Below, one piece after another: positions 34,780-47,579 of a stretch of DNA of 64,000 nt; within the stretch, counting starts at the first letter, position 1; each line of letters starts with the position of its first letter. Location: the NCBI RefSeq assembly GCF_000372725.1, contig NW_005201092.1:408564-472563 (forward strand), read 5' to 3'. Source of the DNA: Emiliania huxleyi CCMP1516. Lineage: Eukaryota. A model generated the notes under the pieces. It searched no databases. It worked only from the letters and a program-made list of their open reading frames with translations, and was not told where the DNA came from. Position numbers and translations under genes: made by a program.

Positions 34780-37032
34780 ATGTCCGCGAGCAAGGCTGAC
34801 GATGCTGCGCTCTATCCTTGCCGCATCGACGACCCGTTCTTGCTCTCCCTCCATCCCACCGTGCGCCGAGCTCTCGCGTGGGTCTTTGTGACACTGCTCG
34901 CGTCGATGTACTACCTCCTTCCTGCGACCGTCCTGGTGTCGCTCGCACTCGCCACGTCCGGCCACGTGACGACCGCAGCAGCGATCGGCCTCGTCTTGCT
35001 CGGCGGGTCGCTCCTCCCGCTGCACGAGCGGCCATACACGCGTCGCCTCTGCCAGGCTGCCTTCATGCCCCGCAGTACTGGCTCCTCCTCTCGGCCTCCG
35101 CGAACCTCTACTCCAGGTCTATCATATCGCAACCTCTAGTGAATCTTCTGTGCTGATCGCACACCATGCCTCCGCCAGGTCTACTACGAGCTCTTCCGCC
35201 TGCGACACAACCTCACGCAGGAGCGGATCCGCAGGCGGGGCGAGGGGCCGCGTCGAGCGGACATGTCCGGGACACGTCCACGACACGCCTGTGGCATGTC
35301 GGCAGGCTGGTCGAGGACTGCGTCGAGCGGGGCGAGCGCTACATCCTCGGCATGCACCCGCACGGGGTGGTGCCGCTGCAGGTGCTGCTTTGGGTGGCGT
35401 TCGCGGACCAGTACCTCCGCACGGCAGAGCACGGCACGGTGTATGGCTTCGGAGGCATGGCGAGCGTGATCTGCTACCTGCCCGGCCTGCGCACGCTAAT
35501 GGGCTGGTGAGCAGCCGGAGCCAGACCTCGGCCATCTCTCGGCCATCTCTCGGCCGTCTCTCGGCATGCTCTCGGCCGCCTCTCGGCCGCATCAAGTGGG
35601 CGGAGATGGTACGCCCGAGAAAGAGAGGGGCCGCCGGTCCATCAGAGAAACGCCGTGAGCAGGTGGACAGGACTGCCCGCCACGTACTCCATCCAGATCT
35701 CGGCCAGATCTCGCCAGCCTATTCGCAGGTGGACGGGGATGCCTGCCACGTACTCCAACCTCAAGCGCAACCTGACGAGCGGCTCCGGCGCAACCTTCTT
35801 GCGGGCAAAGCACCCGGGCCGGAACCTGTACATGCTGCCCGGCGGCGTCGCCGAGATCTTCACGGCGCAGCCGGCAAGGTGTGTTTGGCTGTGTGCGGAG
35901 GGCCGCGCCTCGCCACACACCTCGGCCTGAGGTAGTGAAGGAGGTAGCGTAGGCACGTCGCCGTGTGGAAGCCTCGGCGCGGGCTCTGCTCGCCTCGCGC
36001 CGGTCGAGAGCCGGAGCCCTGCACGACCCTTCCCCGACCCTTCGCCTAGGCCCGCGGCTTGCAGGCGAGGACGAGGCGAGGAGCCTTGCACGACCCTTCC
36101 CCGAACTTTCGCTTAGGCGCGGGCTCTGCCGCCTCGCGCTCGAGACGGGCGCGCGGCTGACGCCGATGTACGTGTTTGGGGGCAACGACTTCTACTTCCA
36201 GTCCCTCACGTCTCGGCCTTTGGCTGGGCAGTCAGGGAGCGAGGGCCCGTCCTCTCCTGACTGATGATGCGCGAGTAGGTCCGATTCGTGGCTCGCGAGG
36301 ACGTCACGCTCGTTCGGCGAGACGCAGCCGAGAGATAGCCGAGAGACAGCCGAGAGACAGCCGAGAGACAGCCGAGAGGCAGCCGAGAGGCAGCCGAGAG
36401 GCAGCCGAGGTGCAGCCGAGGTGCAGCCGAGGTGCAGCCGAGGGGCAGCCGAGGTGCAGCCGAGGTGCAGCCGAGGTGCAGCCGAGGACGTCACACTTGC
36501 TCGACGATAGCGTCAGCCCTTCCCTCTGGCTATCTCCGTCCCCTTGCGGAGAGTGAGCCTCCTCCCGCCCGCCCGCCCGCCCGCCGCGCACAGGCTGCAG
36601 CGTCACCCTCTTCTGGGGCCGCTGGTGGTGGCTGCCCACGGTGCCGCTCACGCCGCCGCACGGCTGTACCATCGCCATCGCGGAGCCGCTGCCCTCGCGG
36701 CGCGCCGCCGCCGCCGACGGGCGGCCGTCGGACGACGAGGTGGGAGTTAGAGCCGAGATGTGGCAGAGATACAGCCGCGATATGGCCGACGGAGGAGGTG
36801 GACGAGGCGTTGCACACACGCCGGGCCTCGCGCTTGCAGTGCCGCGGGGCTCCTGCTTGTCTCATGACGCGGAGTCGGCGGCCCCGCGCAAGCGCTGGCG
36901 GAGAAGCTCCCGCTGTTACCCTTCTCTTAGGTGGAGGCACTGCACGCCGAGTACGAGCGAGCACTCGTCGAAGTGTTTGATCAGTACAAGGCGGCGGCGG
37001 GCTACCCGGACGCAGAGCTGACTGTGCTGTGA
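34780..37032 (+). CDS. DGAT2/MGAT family acyltransferase, copy B
   Basis: Near-identical to copy A, HPHG motif present; stop is TGA rather than TAA. Confidence 0.9.
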
Positions 37033-37340
37033 TCACGGCGCGCGTGCGAGGCGCACTCAGTCTCACGTGTCTTTGTGTTTTATCTCCGCCCAGCTCGCAC
37101 CGCCAAGCAATACGCGGTCCGTTTTCTTGTTTCACAGGATGTGGATCCCTACCTATGTCCTACCTTTCTCTACATTTGTGCCAAGGAACGAAAGAAAACA
37201 GCAATTAGCCGAGACAGTTTATTGTGTCTCTTTTGGACCGGACGTGCGCTCGTGCGGACCACGGTATCCGATACACCTCGATCTCCGCTACGCTGAATAA
37301 ATAGTCCGTAATAAGTTGTTGGTGTTCAGACCGCCTTCCC

Positions 37341-40300
37341 TTACACGTCAGCGCCTTGCGAGATATGATGGTTCGACACTCGTGTCCCGTGCATCTCAAC
37401 TTCGGCGATGGGCCGCCCCCGCCGGGGCCGCGTCGCTGCGTGGGGAAAGATCGCCGGGCCGCAAAGCCGTGCAACGCACGTTTGCGTGCTCGCGCCGAGG
37501 TCCTTAGCCAGGAGCATGTGCGACACCTATTGAACGTTGCCGGGGACCCTCATGATAGAGACTTGGGTGCTGAGAAGAGAACTCGAGTACCCCGCGCCTT
37601 TCGGTGCGGATCGGGAAAGCACGAGCGCGCGAGGTTCTTGTAGAGGCCGTCGACGATCAGCTGCTGAGGCGTAACTTCGAACATGCGCGCAAAGAGGCAC
37701 CCGCCTCGTGCTGGGTCCCTCTCATGAGCCATGATGATGGGCAGTCTGGCCGCGCGCGCCGCTGTGACTTGCTTCGCTAGCAGCTCGTCAGACCAGGTTG
37801 ACGAGTTGAGGTAGAGCAGCATGTGGGTAGCTTCTCCGTTGGAGCCGTCTCGATTGATGCTGTTACTACTCACTCGACGGCTGAGCCATTGAAGCGCATT
37901 GGTCGCCTGGCTCTCTTGCTTATCGAGAAGCCCTGGAGGTGGAACTTCGGTGAGGACGATACGGGGGAACGCAACGTGTAGCTCCTCGGCTAGAGCTCGC
38001 GCGCCGCGGTTTGCGGTCGATGTCCAAAGAATGAGTGGCTGCGTGAAGCTGAGGCCCTCACTACGGAGCTCACCAGGGAGGTAAAGCGGCAGGTTGCTCT
38101 TCCCGCAGTATCTTGGCGTCTGCAGTAGCGTCGCTTCGGCAATCAGCTTTAGGGAGACGAGCTGGAACTCACGAATCCGATGCCAAGGGATTGGCTGACG
38201 ATTGTCGAAGACTCCATTCTGCAGCTCGGCGGGGCACTCCGCGCGGAGCTCGGCGAGTGCACCGCCTCCCTTCTCCGGATCCACCTCCTGGACGAGCACA
38301 ATGGGCTTGTTGTTAGCTAAAGCAGCGCGCACCTCGCGCTGGCAATTTACCGAGCGAAGGTAGCCCCGTGATAGGAACAGAAGCACGACACGAGAGTTCG
38401 AGATGTACTCCTCCAGAGCGGCGATGCCCTCAAGGTCGTCTACATCGAGGAAGACTTCGACACCAGGCAGAAGCAACCGCAACTGGTTCTTGATCACCGC
38501 GGCCGCGTCTTGCCCCGTCGACCAGATGTGGCTCAGAAATAGGTGCCACCGCATGCCTTCCGTGAGCGTCCGTCCGTCTCGCAGCGGCTCGCGCCCGCTG
38601 CTAACGAGGCGGAAGGTGGGTGCGCGGCTTGCCGCTGTGTAGAGCCACAGAACGAGGGTGAGCCCAATGCCGAGGAGGGCGGTGGTGAAGGAGAGAAAGA
38701 TTGTCGCGAGCTCGAGCTGGTCGAGCCCAAACTCGCCGCACGTCTGTGTGTCCGTCTCGAGCAGCGAGCACGAGTTGATGGTGAGGGTGGCGAGGTAGAC
38801 GAGGACGAGGCCGATATTGGCGAACATGGAGAGCCGCCCGTCGAGCGTGCGCTTGTACGGCGAGAGGACGTACTGCAGGGTGAGGAAGAGCATCGAGACG
38901 AGCAGCGCGATGATGACGCGGAGCTGCTTCGAGCCCTGCGGTGTTGGTGAGCACGAGGCCGGTCAGAGAGGGGAGGTGCAGCTGAGCATTCGCCGAGATA
39001 GCCGAGATGTGGGCGTGTGCGCTCCTGCGTGTTGATGAGCACGAAGCCGGTCAGCGTCAGCTTGCGGACGAGGTCGAGCGGCTCCCAGTAGAAGGCGCTA
39101 TCCTCGTAGTCCCTCCAGAGAAAGTCGGTCGCACGCAAGAGAGGTGTCGACTGGCGCGTCATAATGTCGCGCCGTGAGGCGAGTAGCAAGCCAAGGTACA
39201 ACAGAGGCGCGCCGATGGGCCACACGAAGAGCAGCACATACGCCCACCGCTTCACCGTGGCGTACTCTGGCGTGCTGCAGTCGAGGGAGAGGTCGTCGGC
39301 GAGGTAGGCGCGGTACGGCTCCTGCCCCCCCGGGAGGACCGCGTCCCGTGTCGGAAACTCGATGCAGTTGAAGGTGCGGAGGATGCGCGTGCTGGTGGAG
39401 GTAACTAGCAAGAACTGGAGAATCACGATGAGCGGCAGTGCACCCAACAGGCCGCGCCACAGCGCGGCACGAGTCAAACTTGCACTACTTGCGAGCTCCC
39501 AGGCGCAGCTGCCGAGGGTCGCGAGGAGGATGGGCGCAAAGGGCAAAAAGCCCCAGGCAATCAGGCGGGTGAGGTAGGAGCCATAGCACGCGGGCGGTAG
39601 GAAAAGATCGAGGTCGAAGATATCGACGGCGTTGAAGAGGTTGGCCCACTCGCTCAGCTGCGGCGGCAGCTCGACCTCGTACACGGCCGGCACGACTGCG
39701 ACTACCTGAAAGAGGTTGATCAGCTGCTTTGTCTTGCATAGCATCCCCGCCCGCTTCCACAGCAACGCCATCCGACGACCCATCAGGACGAGCGCGCGCG
39801 CCACCTTGCCCGAAGGGACCCACGAGCTGCGGATCACCTTGAGAGTGCCGAGGCCGAGAGCGCCCGCCGTGAAGAGCAGACCGACGAGCAGCATCACCGA
39901 CTCCGCCGGCCGGTCGCACGGCTGGCAGCGCGCCTTCGAGTTGAGGAAGTAGCGGATGCCGTTGTCGGTCGTGTTGGTGCAGACCTCGCACTTTGGGCCC
40001 TCGTAGAAGGGGTGGCAGAGGGCGTTGCCATCCTCCGACGAGTCGACGCCGCCGCGGCACGGGCTCCACTCGTCGCCCATCACCTGCGGCAGCGAGGGAG
40101 GAGAGTTGAGGGTGGCAGCGAGGGTGGCAGCGAGGGCGGAGGGGTAGAAGGGGTGGAGGCGGCGATGGAAGGAACCTTGCATGCAAACAGCGTTGACGAC
40201 GCGTTCGAGGCGCGCCACCAGCCGCTCGACACGTTGAGCGAGCCTACAGGGAAGGTTCCGAGAGGCTTCAGGGAAGGCTCCAGGCAACCTCTGCCCGGCA

Positions 40301-42218
40301 CGTAGAGTGCGCCGATGCGTGTGTCGACTCCGCAGGTGAAGGACACGACGCCTCCCTGCGGAGAGGAAGGCGGGGCCGGGCACGACTTGCACGCCTTGGT
40401 GGAGGCCTGGGCCTCCCCTAGGACGAGGAAGAAGTCCTCGTCGCACACGTCGCACGCCGTGGACCCTTGGCCGTACGTCGTCGTGCCGTCGTTGCAAGGG
40501 TCGGGGACGGTGCTGCCCGCCGGGCAAGTGAAGCCGACTGGGCACTGCGTGCACTCGTCCTCCTTCGTCAGGTTCGTCGCGGCCGAGTACGAGCCCTCGG
40601 GGCACGGCCGAGGCACGCTCGTCCCCGCCGGGCAGAAGTTGCCCTCGGTGCACGGGCGGGGCTCCGTCGTGGCGGCCTCGGGGCACCGCTGGCCCACGGG
40701 GCAGAGGCCGGCGCAGAAGGCCGACTTCTGGTCGTCGGCATCGCTCGAGCCTAGAATGCCGGGGGCGCAGGCGTACGGCAGGTCGACATCGAGGGCAGAG
40801 GTTGGCACCTGGTACAGAGATACGCCGAGCAGCGCGGGCGTCGCCTCCCAATTGCAGGGCTGAACAAAGGCGACGGGGAACTGTTTGCACTCGTCGTTCT
40901 GCGCGTCCGTCTCGGTCTTGCACTTGTCGAATAGACCCCGGCAGACGTCGTCCGCACAGTCGGCAGGAAGCTGCCGGTAGATCTCGCATCTCGAGTGCGG
41001 GATCCAGTACCCGGGAGGCAAAGGCAGGCGGTAGGACACCTCGGGCGCGCCGCTGAATGCGATCGAGCTCCCTTGGCTTGCCGTTCCGCTCTCCAGCAGG
41101 GTCCCGTTCTCCAGCGTCAAGCGCCCGCTCACAATGTAAACGAGGCCGCCTTCCTCGGTGGCAGTGCTATCTGCGAGACGGACCCGGTTCAGCGTGGTCT
41201 CGCTCTCCGTCCCACCGTCAATGTGCAGAGCCCCACCCTTGACTGCGCTGCAGCCGGTAATGTTGACCTCGCTCAGCTCCACCTCGCGAACCTTGACAAT
41301 CCTGATGGCCCCGCCCAAGCCCTGGGCGTTCTCGCCTTCTGTACCAGTCTCAGCGCTGCAGCGCGTTATCTCCACCGACTCCAGTCGCAAGCTGCCCCTG
41401 GCGGCGTAAATGGCTCCGCCGGAGTTCGCAGCGGAGCAGTCCTGTATGCGAACGTCACGCAAGCTCACGTCGGAGTCATCCATGCGGACCGCACCGCCAT
41501 CAGCTTCCGCCTGGCAATTCGCCAAGACGAGCCCTTCCAACCAGAGCGTTGCCTTGTTTTTCAGGATAAAGAGGCTGTCCAGCGCATCGGTGCCGTCGAT
41601 GGTGGCGCCAGTGGTGCTGCCTGAGCTGCGGATGGTGACGTCTACTCCGTCAAGGACGAGAGACTGGCTGAGCCTGACGTTCGCGCCGGGCTGCAGGTAG
41701 ATGTCTGTCATGTTTTCCCGGACGGCCAGCTGTAAGGCGGCGTTGCCGCTCACAAAGACCTCGCCCGGAGAGAGCGGAAGGAGGGGCGGCAACGGCGGCG
41801 GCTTTGGTGGGTATGGAACTGGCGGTGGCGCTGGTGGCGGCGGTGGCGACGGTGGCAACGGTGGGGGCGCCGGTGGGGACGGGACGGCGGGCGGAAGCGG
41901 GTTGTTGAGACGAGTGTAAGCGTTCTCAGGCCCGCCACAGTCGTTGCAGTCGGTGCCGAGAGCGCAAGCCGAGTTGGTGGAGCCTTTCCCGCCATCGTCG
42001 CATGAACCGTCGTTGCTGAAGGCGCACGAGTCTGAACAGCCCGGCGGAGGCGACGGTGGCGGCGGCGGCAGCGGCAGTGGCGCTCTCGGTGGCGGGCTCG
42101 GAGGAGGAGGCGACGGTGGCGGTGAAGGTGGTGGCGGCGACGGCGGCGGCGGGGACGGAGGCGGCGGCGAGGGCGGCGGCGACGGTGGAGGCAGGGAAGC
42201 GAGAGCTGCAGCCAACAT
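37341..42218 (-). CDS. Beta-helix/multi-TM/TIR receptor-like protein, copy B
   Basis: Same architecture as copy A. The three ORF-track pieces join in frame after removing an intron near 40084-40174 and the one at 38936-39024. Confidence 0.85.
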
Positions 42219-42631
42219 GGAGAGACGCCTTTGGGCCTTGTCCAGCGTGTCGCGATTTGGTGCCTTAGCTTGCGTGTTCTTTTTCTTTTTAACTAAAGGC
42301 GGAAACCGAAGCCCGCGCCCCGCACGGCAACCCATCCGATTCTCACTTTGACCCAGGGCTGCAAAGATGACATAGCGTGTGTGCGAGGGCCCAACTTGAG
42401 AATCGTGCTTTTTGGGTTGGGTTGGGTTGTCGGCACGGGTTGGGTGCTTGGGTTGGGTCGGTGAGTTGGCTTGTCCACCCAACCGACCGCGAGTCAGTGA
42501 GGACTATTTTCTTCTCATAACAAGGCTGTGAACAGCGCTGTATTTGTGTGAACAGCGCTTGAAAAAATAAAAAACATCGTTGGTCGAGAGCGTTGTCTGC
42601 AGTCTGAGTGGTGATCTGCAGTGGTGAGGCG

Positions 42632-43351
42632 ATGCGCTCCTTGTCTTCCGACGATTCGTGCTCTGAAGACGGCGACGAGAAGCAAGCTCCCGCACGCGGA
42701 GAGCCACGCACAGAGGTTCGGCGTCTGCACGCCCGCCGTGTCTACACCGCCGCGTCGTCGCCTCCGAATCACACGGGGGCGGCCCTGCGGTCGGCAGTGG
42801 AGAGTGTGCGTCGAGACTGCCAAATGGCGGATCTGGTCGTCGAGCGCTTCCAACGTGCGTCCGACGAGTACTGGCGGGATATCGACCGGGCAGGCGTCGG
42901 CGAAGACTCCTACGATCTGTGCGTGGACTACCTCTCTCGCTTCCAAGAGGCGCTGAAGGAGCTGGGGATGGTCGGCATCGAGGACCCTCCCGCAGCGGCC
43001 GGCTTTGCGGACTGCACAATCCTCGCCGAGGTCAGCGCGGCGCGCCGCAGTCTCGCTCAAGCGACAGGCAAGTGTCGCGCCGCCATCAGCCGCATCGCAG
43101 AGACCCTCGCCCGCGCCCATGCGGACGACGAGGATGGCACGCGGGACGGCGCCCAGGCCGGTGCACTTGGCGTGGCTGGCGGCGCTGATTGCGCTGGCGG
43201 CGCTGGCGGCGCTGGCGCAAGCAGCGCTCGCGACGCGTCGCCCGTGCTGCCACTCGCGGCCCTGCTGGAGGGGGCGACGATGGGCGAGATGCAGATCGAC
43301 CCCCCCGCCGCGGGCGGCACGGTTCTGCCGCCTGAGATGGCGCTCGACTGA
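42632..43351 (+). CDS. Hypothetical helical protein, copy B
   Basis: Paralogue of 26566-27285 with the frame preserved. Confidence 0.55.
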   Translation: MRSLSSDDSCSEDGDEKQAPARGEPRTEVRRLHARRVYTAASSPPNHTGAALRSAVESVRRDCQMADLVVERFQRASDEYWRDIDRAGVGEDSYDLCVDYLSRFQEALKELGMVGIEDPPAAAGFADCTILAEVSAARRSLAQATGKCRAAISRIAETLARAHADDEDGTRDGAQAGALGVAGGADCAGGAGGAGASSARDASPVLPLAALLEGATMGEMQIDPPAAGGTVLPPEMALD

Positions 43352-43738
43352 GATGTGTGATGCGTCGCGGGCGATCGAGTACTGCCCTGGTACTGCCCGT
43401 ATATGGCACCAGGCTTCACGCGCGCGTCACACTCCTCACACGGCACACGCGCGGCGGGCGGCTCGGGCCTCGGGCTCGGCTGCTACTATAAAAAACTGGC
43501 TCTAGTGGCTTTTATCTACTCTAGCCACAATCAGAGGCGAGTCATCCCCTATCGATTCGTCACGCATAGAAGATATATAGACGTACGAGAGCCCATTGAA
43601 GAGCAAACTTTCAATGCATCCATGCAATGAGCGCATCACACATCACAGTGAGTTCAACTCCCGTCTGGGCGTCTCCGGAGACTCCGCCCCGCCGTGCTAC
43701 ACTTGCTAGATCACCTCCGCGGCGGAGCGGACACTACA

Positions 43739-46700
43739 CTACTTGCGTGCGAGCTGTACTCGCTCTACACCCACGCACATCGCCGCGTCGACCGACTCAG
43801 AAAAGCCCTTCCAAAACAGCCCCGTGTTCTCGCGGATTATCGACGGGAACTGTTTGCGGTCCTGGTAGAACGAGCCGCGCATGGTTGCGTCGCCCGGACT
43901 CGACAGCCCTGGGTCGGTCAGGAAGCACCCGCCCAGCTGCGAGCAGACAGCCTGCAGCCGCCTGTCTACGGGCGTGCTGCCCGACCTATTCACACCGGGC
44001 ACAGCGAGGGGCTTGAAGCGCCGCCGCCCCACACTGCCGCCGGCCAACTAGCAACTTGGCGCGGGGCTATACTCCCCGCGCGCATGCCAAAGCAGCGAGG
44101 CTAAAACCTCGCGGCAATCTCGACTCACCTCGACTCACCTCGGCTCACATCTCAGCTCATCTCAGCTCACTTCTCAGCTCGCATTCTCGGCTCCTCTCTC
44201 TGGCGCGCGCACCACCCCCCCAAACTGCGAGTCGCCCTCAGCAGCTGCTTTGCCATCGCCGGCCGCACCTGTTCACAGTGACGCGGCGTGAAGAGACGCC
44301 GTTCACCGGAGGGGGGGGAGGGGGGGGGCGCTTAACGCCTGACGGACGGTCTCACTTGAGTGAAGGACGGCCGGCGCTTGCCCGAGCGCCTCTCCTCCGC
44401 CACCGCAACACGCACCGCAAAGGCGTGCGTCGCGAAGCCGCTGTACCTGGCGGCCACGTGGGGGGGGGGGGGGGGAAACCGGGGAGTGGTGAGCGAGGCA
44501 TGGAGTGGTGCGTTGACATGGCGCGGCCGCAGCTAATCTCGGCTGATCTCGCGGCCGCCTGCAGTAGTCTCCCCCACGCCCGCCGCCCGGGCCGCCGCCC
44601 GGGCCGCCGCCCGCGCCGCCGCCCGGGCCGCTCCCGTCGGGCCGGACAAAGCGGGGTGCGGTGCCCTTCCTCCTCGTCAGATCTGACGGCCGGGCCGTCC
44701 AGGCAGTGGCTTCCCCCCGCTCGGCCCTGGGCTCGGCCTCCGGGCAGGCAAACGGGCGGAGGGAGGCGTTGCTACCCCCCGCGAGACTGCTGCAGCGTCC
44801 TCAACTGGGGCAAGAGGGGGGAGGGGGGGCTTCCCAATGTGTGTGTGGGGGGGGGGGGGATTCTTCCCAAAGGGGGGGGGGGGGGGTGCTTCCGAGTTCC
44901 CCAATGTTGTGTGAGGGGGTTGGGGGGGGGTTCTAGTAGTGGTGGTGGTGGTGGTATAGTCGGGGGCGAGGCGCTGCGGAGTGTGGCGCGCCTTCGTCCC
45001 CGTCGCGCGCCGTGCTGTCCCGCCCCGCGCTGCAGCAGCGGCAGTGGCGGCGCAGCGACAGACCTCACGGGCGAGCCCGCCGCCGCTTCCGCGCAGACCG
45101 GGTCGATCATCCCCAGGTAGAAGAGAGGCAGGTTGAGCTGCGCGGGTGCGTCACTCCTCAGCCACGCGGGCGCTGCTAGTCACTAGCGAGTCATGTGCGT
45201 GAGGCAGACTGAGCCGCGCCATGTCCCATGCATGTCCGCAGCGAGGGTGAGAGACGTGAGAGCCGACGCGGTCGCCCCACTCCACACCACCACGAGATGT
45301 GTGGGGAACACACCCGCGCACCGTCACTCCTCCTCGCACCTCCATGCTTGGTCCATGCGCCACACCCCAGCCACTCTCGACCAGTCTGGGGCCAATCTCG
45401 CCCAATCTCGCGGCGCCTGCACGGTCCGCGAGGCAGCCTCCTCGATCGCACGCCGCAGCTTGCCTACACCCGACGAGTGGACCGACGGGTGAATGATGAT
45501 GCATGGGCCGTCGACGTGCTCGCTCGCGCCGCAGCTTGCCTCTTGCCCGCGGGTGCACCACCACGTCGTCCTGTTCACAGCCCACGCACGCCGCGTGAAG
45601 AGACGCCGTTCACAGCGCCCCGGCCGCACACCGCAACGCAACGCGTCCCCCCAGGACATGTACAGAGGACGTGTCAGGGACGTGTCAGGGACGTGTCAGG
45701 GACGTGTCAGGGACGTGTCATGCGCGTGGGCGATTTGGCACGCAAGCCCCCCCCCCCCCCCCACCCCCCACCACCACCACCACGTCTTCACACCTCGAAG
45801 ATGAAGACGAAGGGGTCGGGCATGCGCGAGATCTTGTCGTACACGGCCTGTGGCAGTGTCGTGATGAACGCGTCAATCCTTTTCATGCGGGCCCCCGGCT
45901 TGGCGAAACTCTACACGTGTGGCCGGCTGCGCCTCCATCGCACGCACGAGCGATCGGATGCGGCACGACTTCAGGTCGAGCAGAGGCGGCGGGGCCTACA
46001 CCCACTCCTCGCCACTCCTTCAGCGCTGTGTGCTCTCTGTCGGCTTCAGTTCTGAGTTCAGTTCTGAGGGCGCGTCCCGGAGTCGATAGTGAATTGTGTG
46101 TATTGATCAGGGTGTGTGCTCTCGGCTTCCATCGGTGGGGGTCTAACCGCTGAGAGCGCGAGGCGCGGAGGAGGGCAGGCGCGGACGCGGCTGCAGGAGG
46201 TGCTACTAAGGGTGCGGAGGCGCGACTGTGACGGAGTGAGTGTGTCCAGGTGTGCGGAGTAAGCGGTGTGCGGAGTGAGTGCGGGTGGTGTAGTGAGTGA
46301 GTGCGCGGGTGGTGTGCGAGAGCGGGAGTCGTGTGCCCGCTGCAGCTGCACGTCCCCAAACGAGAGGTTGCGCAGCAGCGCGCGCGTACTGAGCGCGCGC
46401 GGCGACGAGTCGTTGGTGGTAATGACGAAGGCGCTGAGCGTCCGCCCGAGCACCGCCGGCGCGCCGCCGCCGCCGCCGCCGCTTGGCGGCGAGCGAGGAA
46501 AGGCCTCTGTGAGCGGCTCCTCGTTGGCTCCGCTCATCAGCGCGAGCATGACGACCATCAGCGTGAAGAGAAGGACGCGGACCGCGCCCCACACCGTGGC
46601 TCCGGCCCCTGGCGTCCCGTCCACTGCGCGGGCGGCTGCTCTGGCGAAGAGCGGCTGCCCGCCTGGCTCTGGCACCCCATCGTCGTCGCTGTGCCCGAGG

Positions 46701-46780
46701 CTAGCGTACGAGTGACTGCGACCGCTGAGCCGGTCGACCTCGGCTTCGGAGTCCAATGCGAGCGCGCGAGGCAGGATCAT
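43739..46780 (-). CDS. Type II membrane glycosyltransferase, GT25-like (spliced)
   Basis: MILPRALAL.., TM segment VRVLLFTLMVVMLALM, AFVITTNDSSPR, PFVFIFE|DDVVVHP (EDD motif), LFYLGM, ATHAFA|VRPAMAKQLL, PVDRRL and FYQDR. Some internal exons are uncertain. Confidence 0.65.
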
Positions 46781-47312
46781 GTGCAGCTCAGCCGAGGTCG
46801 AGGTGCACCTACTCTCGAGGTGCACTGCGTCTTCTGCTCTTCCTCGGTGGTGCGGTGTCCTCGCGGCCGCACCTGCCCATCGCACGGTGGGTGAGCCAGT
46901 GTGCGCGTGGGAACCGTGGGCTGGTGGAGTGAGGACCGGTGGCGTCGAACTGCCCCCGGGGCGCGAGCTCAACACAGTTGTAGGGAGCAACGCCGTTCAC
47001 GGCGTGGAGGGCGTGTCTTATTTCTTTTTTGCGTTTAGTGAGTAGTTACACGGTCTCGTCCGTGCCTCGCCGGCCGGCGAGATTGCTAGAGGCGGAGCGG
47101 TCTGCTCTAGCCTAGCACGTTACTTCCTGTCGTCTGTTGTTTGTTGTGCCCTTGTTTGTTCTCTTGGCACCTTGGAGTGCTGGGGGGGGGCGACAGGCAG
47201 GATGTGGCCTTGAGTTATGTGTACGCCCGCTGGCTGTGTGTCTTGTGAGCCTGTTTGTGTCTGTGGTGTGTGTCGCTCGTGCGTGTCGTCATCATCTGTC
47301 CGGCGTCCGCCC

Positions 47313-47545
47313 GTACCGCGTTGGTGTCCAGTCCGAGCCTGGCTGTTCTTCACCTTTCTACCTACCTACCTAGTGAGTGTCCTTACCTTTTTCTTGTCTG
47401 CTGTGCCTTTTGTGGTGCTAGTCCGTGCCAGTCTGCTGTTGTGAGAGGGGCTTGTATTCGTAGAATTCTTTTGCGGTTAGAGAGTGTCCTTACCGCTCTG
47501 GTGTCCAGTCCGAGCCTGACTGTCCTTCACCTTCCTAACTAACTT
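47313..47545 (+). repeat. Two ~55-bp direct repeats each ending in an (ACCT/AACT)n tail
   Basis: TGGTGTCCAGTCCGAGCCTG.CTGT.CTTCACCTT at ~47322 and ~47499. Confidence 0.65.
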
Positions 47546-47579
47546 TAGCGTGTGTGTGTGGAGTGTGTGTGGAGTGGAA

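Larger units (their letters stand above)
28830..44810 (+). repeat. Segmental tandem duplication, copy B
   Basis: Matches copy A. B-only segments are ~33360-33960, 34440-34749 and 38936-39024. Confidence 0.95.

Noticed and set aside
38533..42482. Receptor copy B as a frameshifted pseudogene
   Set aside because: Both frame changes coincide with AG-ending intron-like segments whose removal restores the copy A frame.
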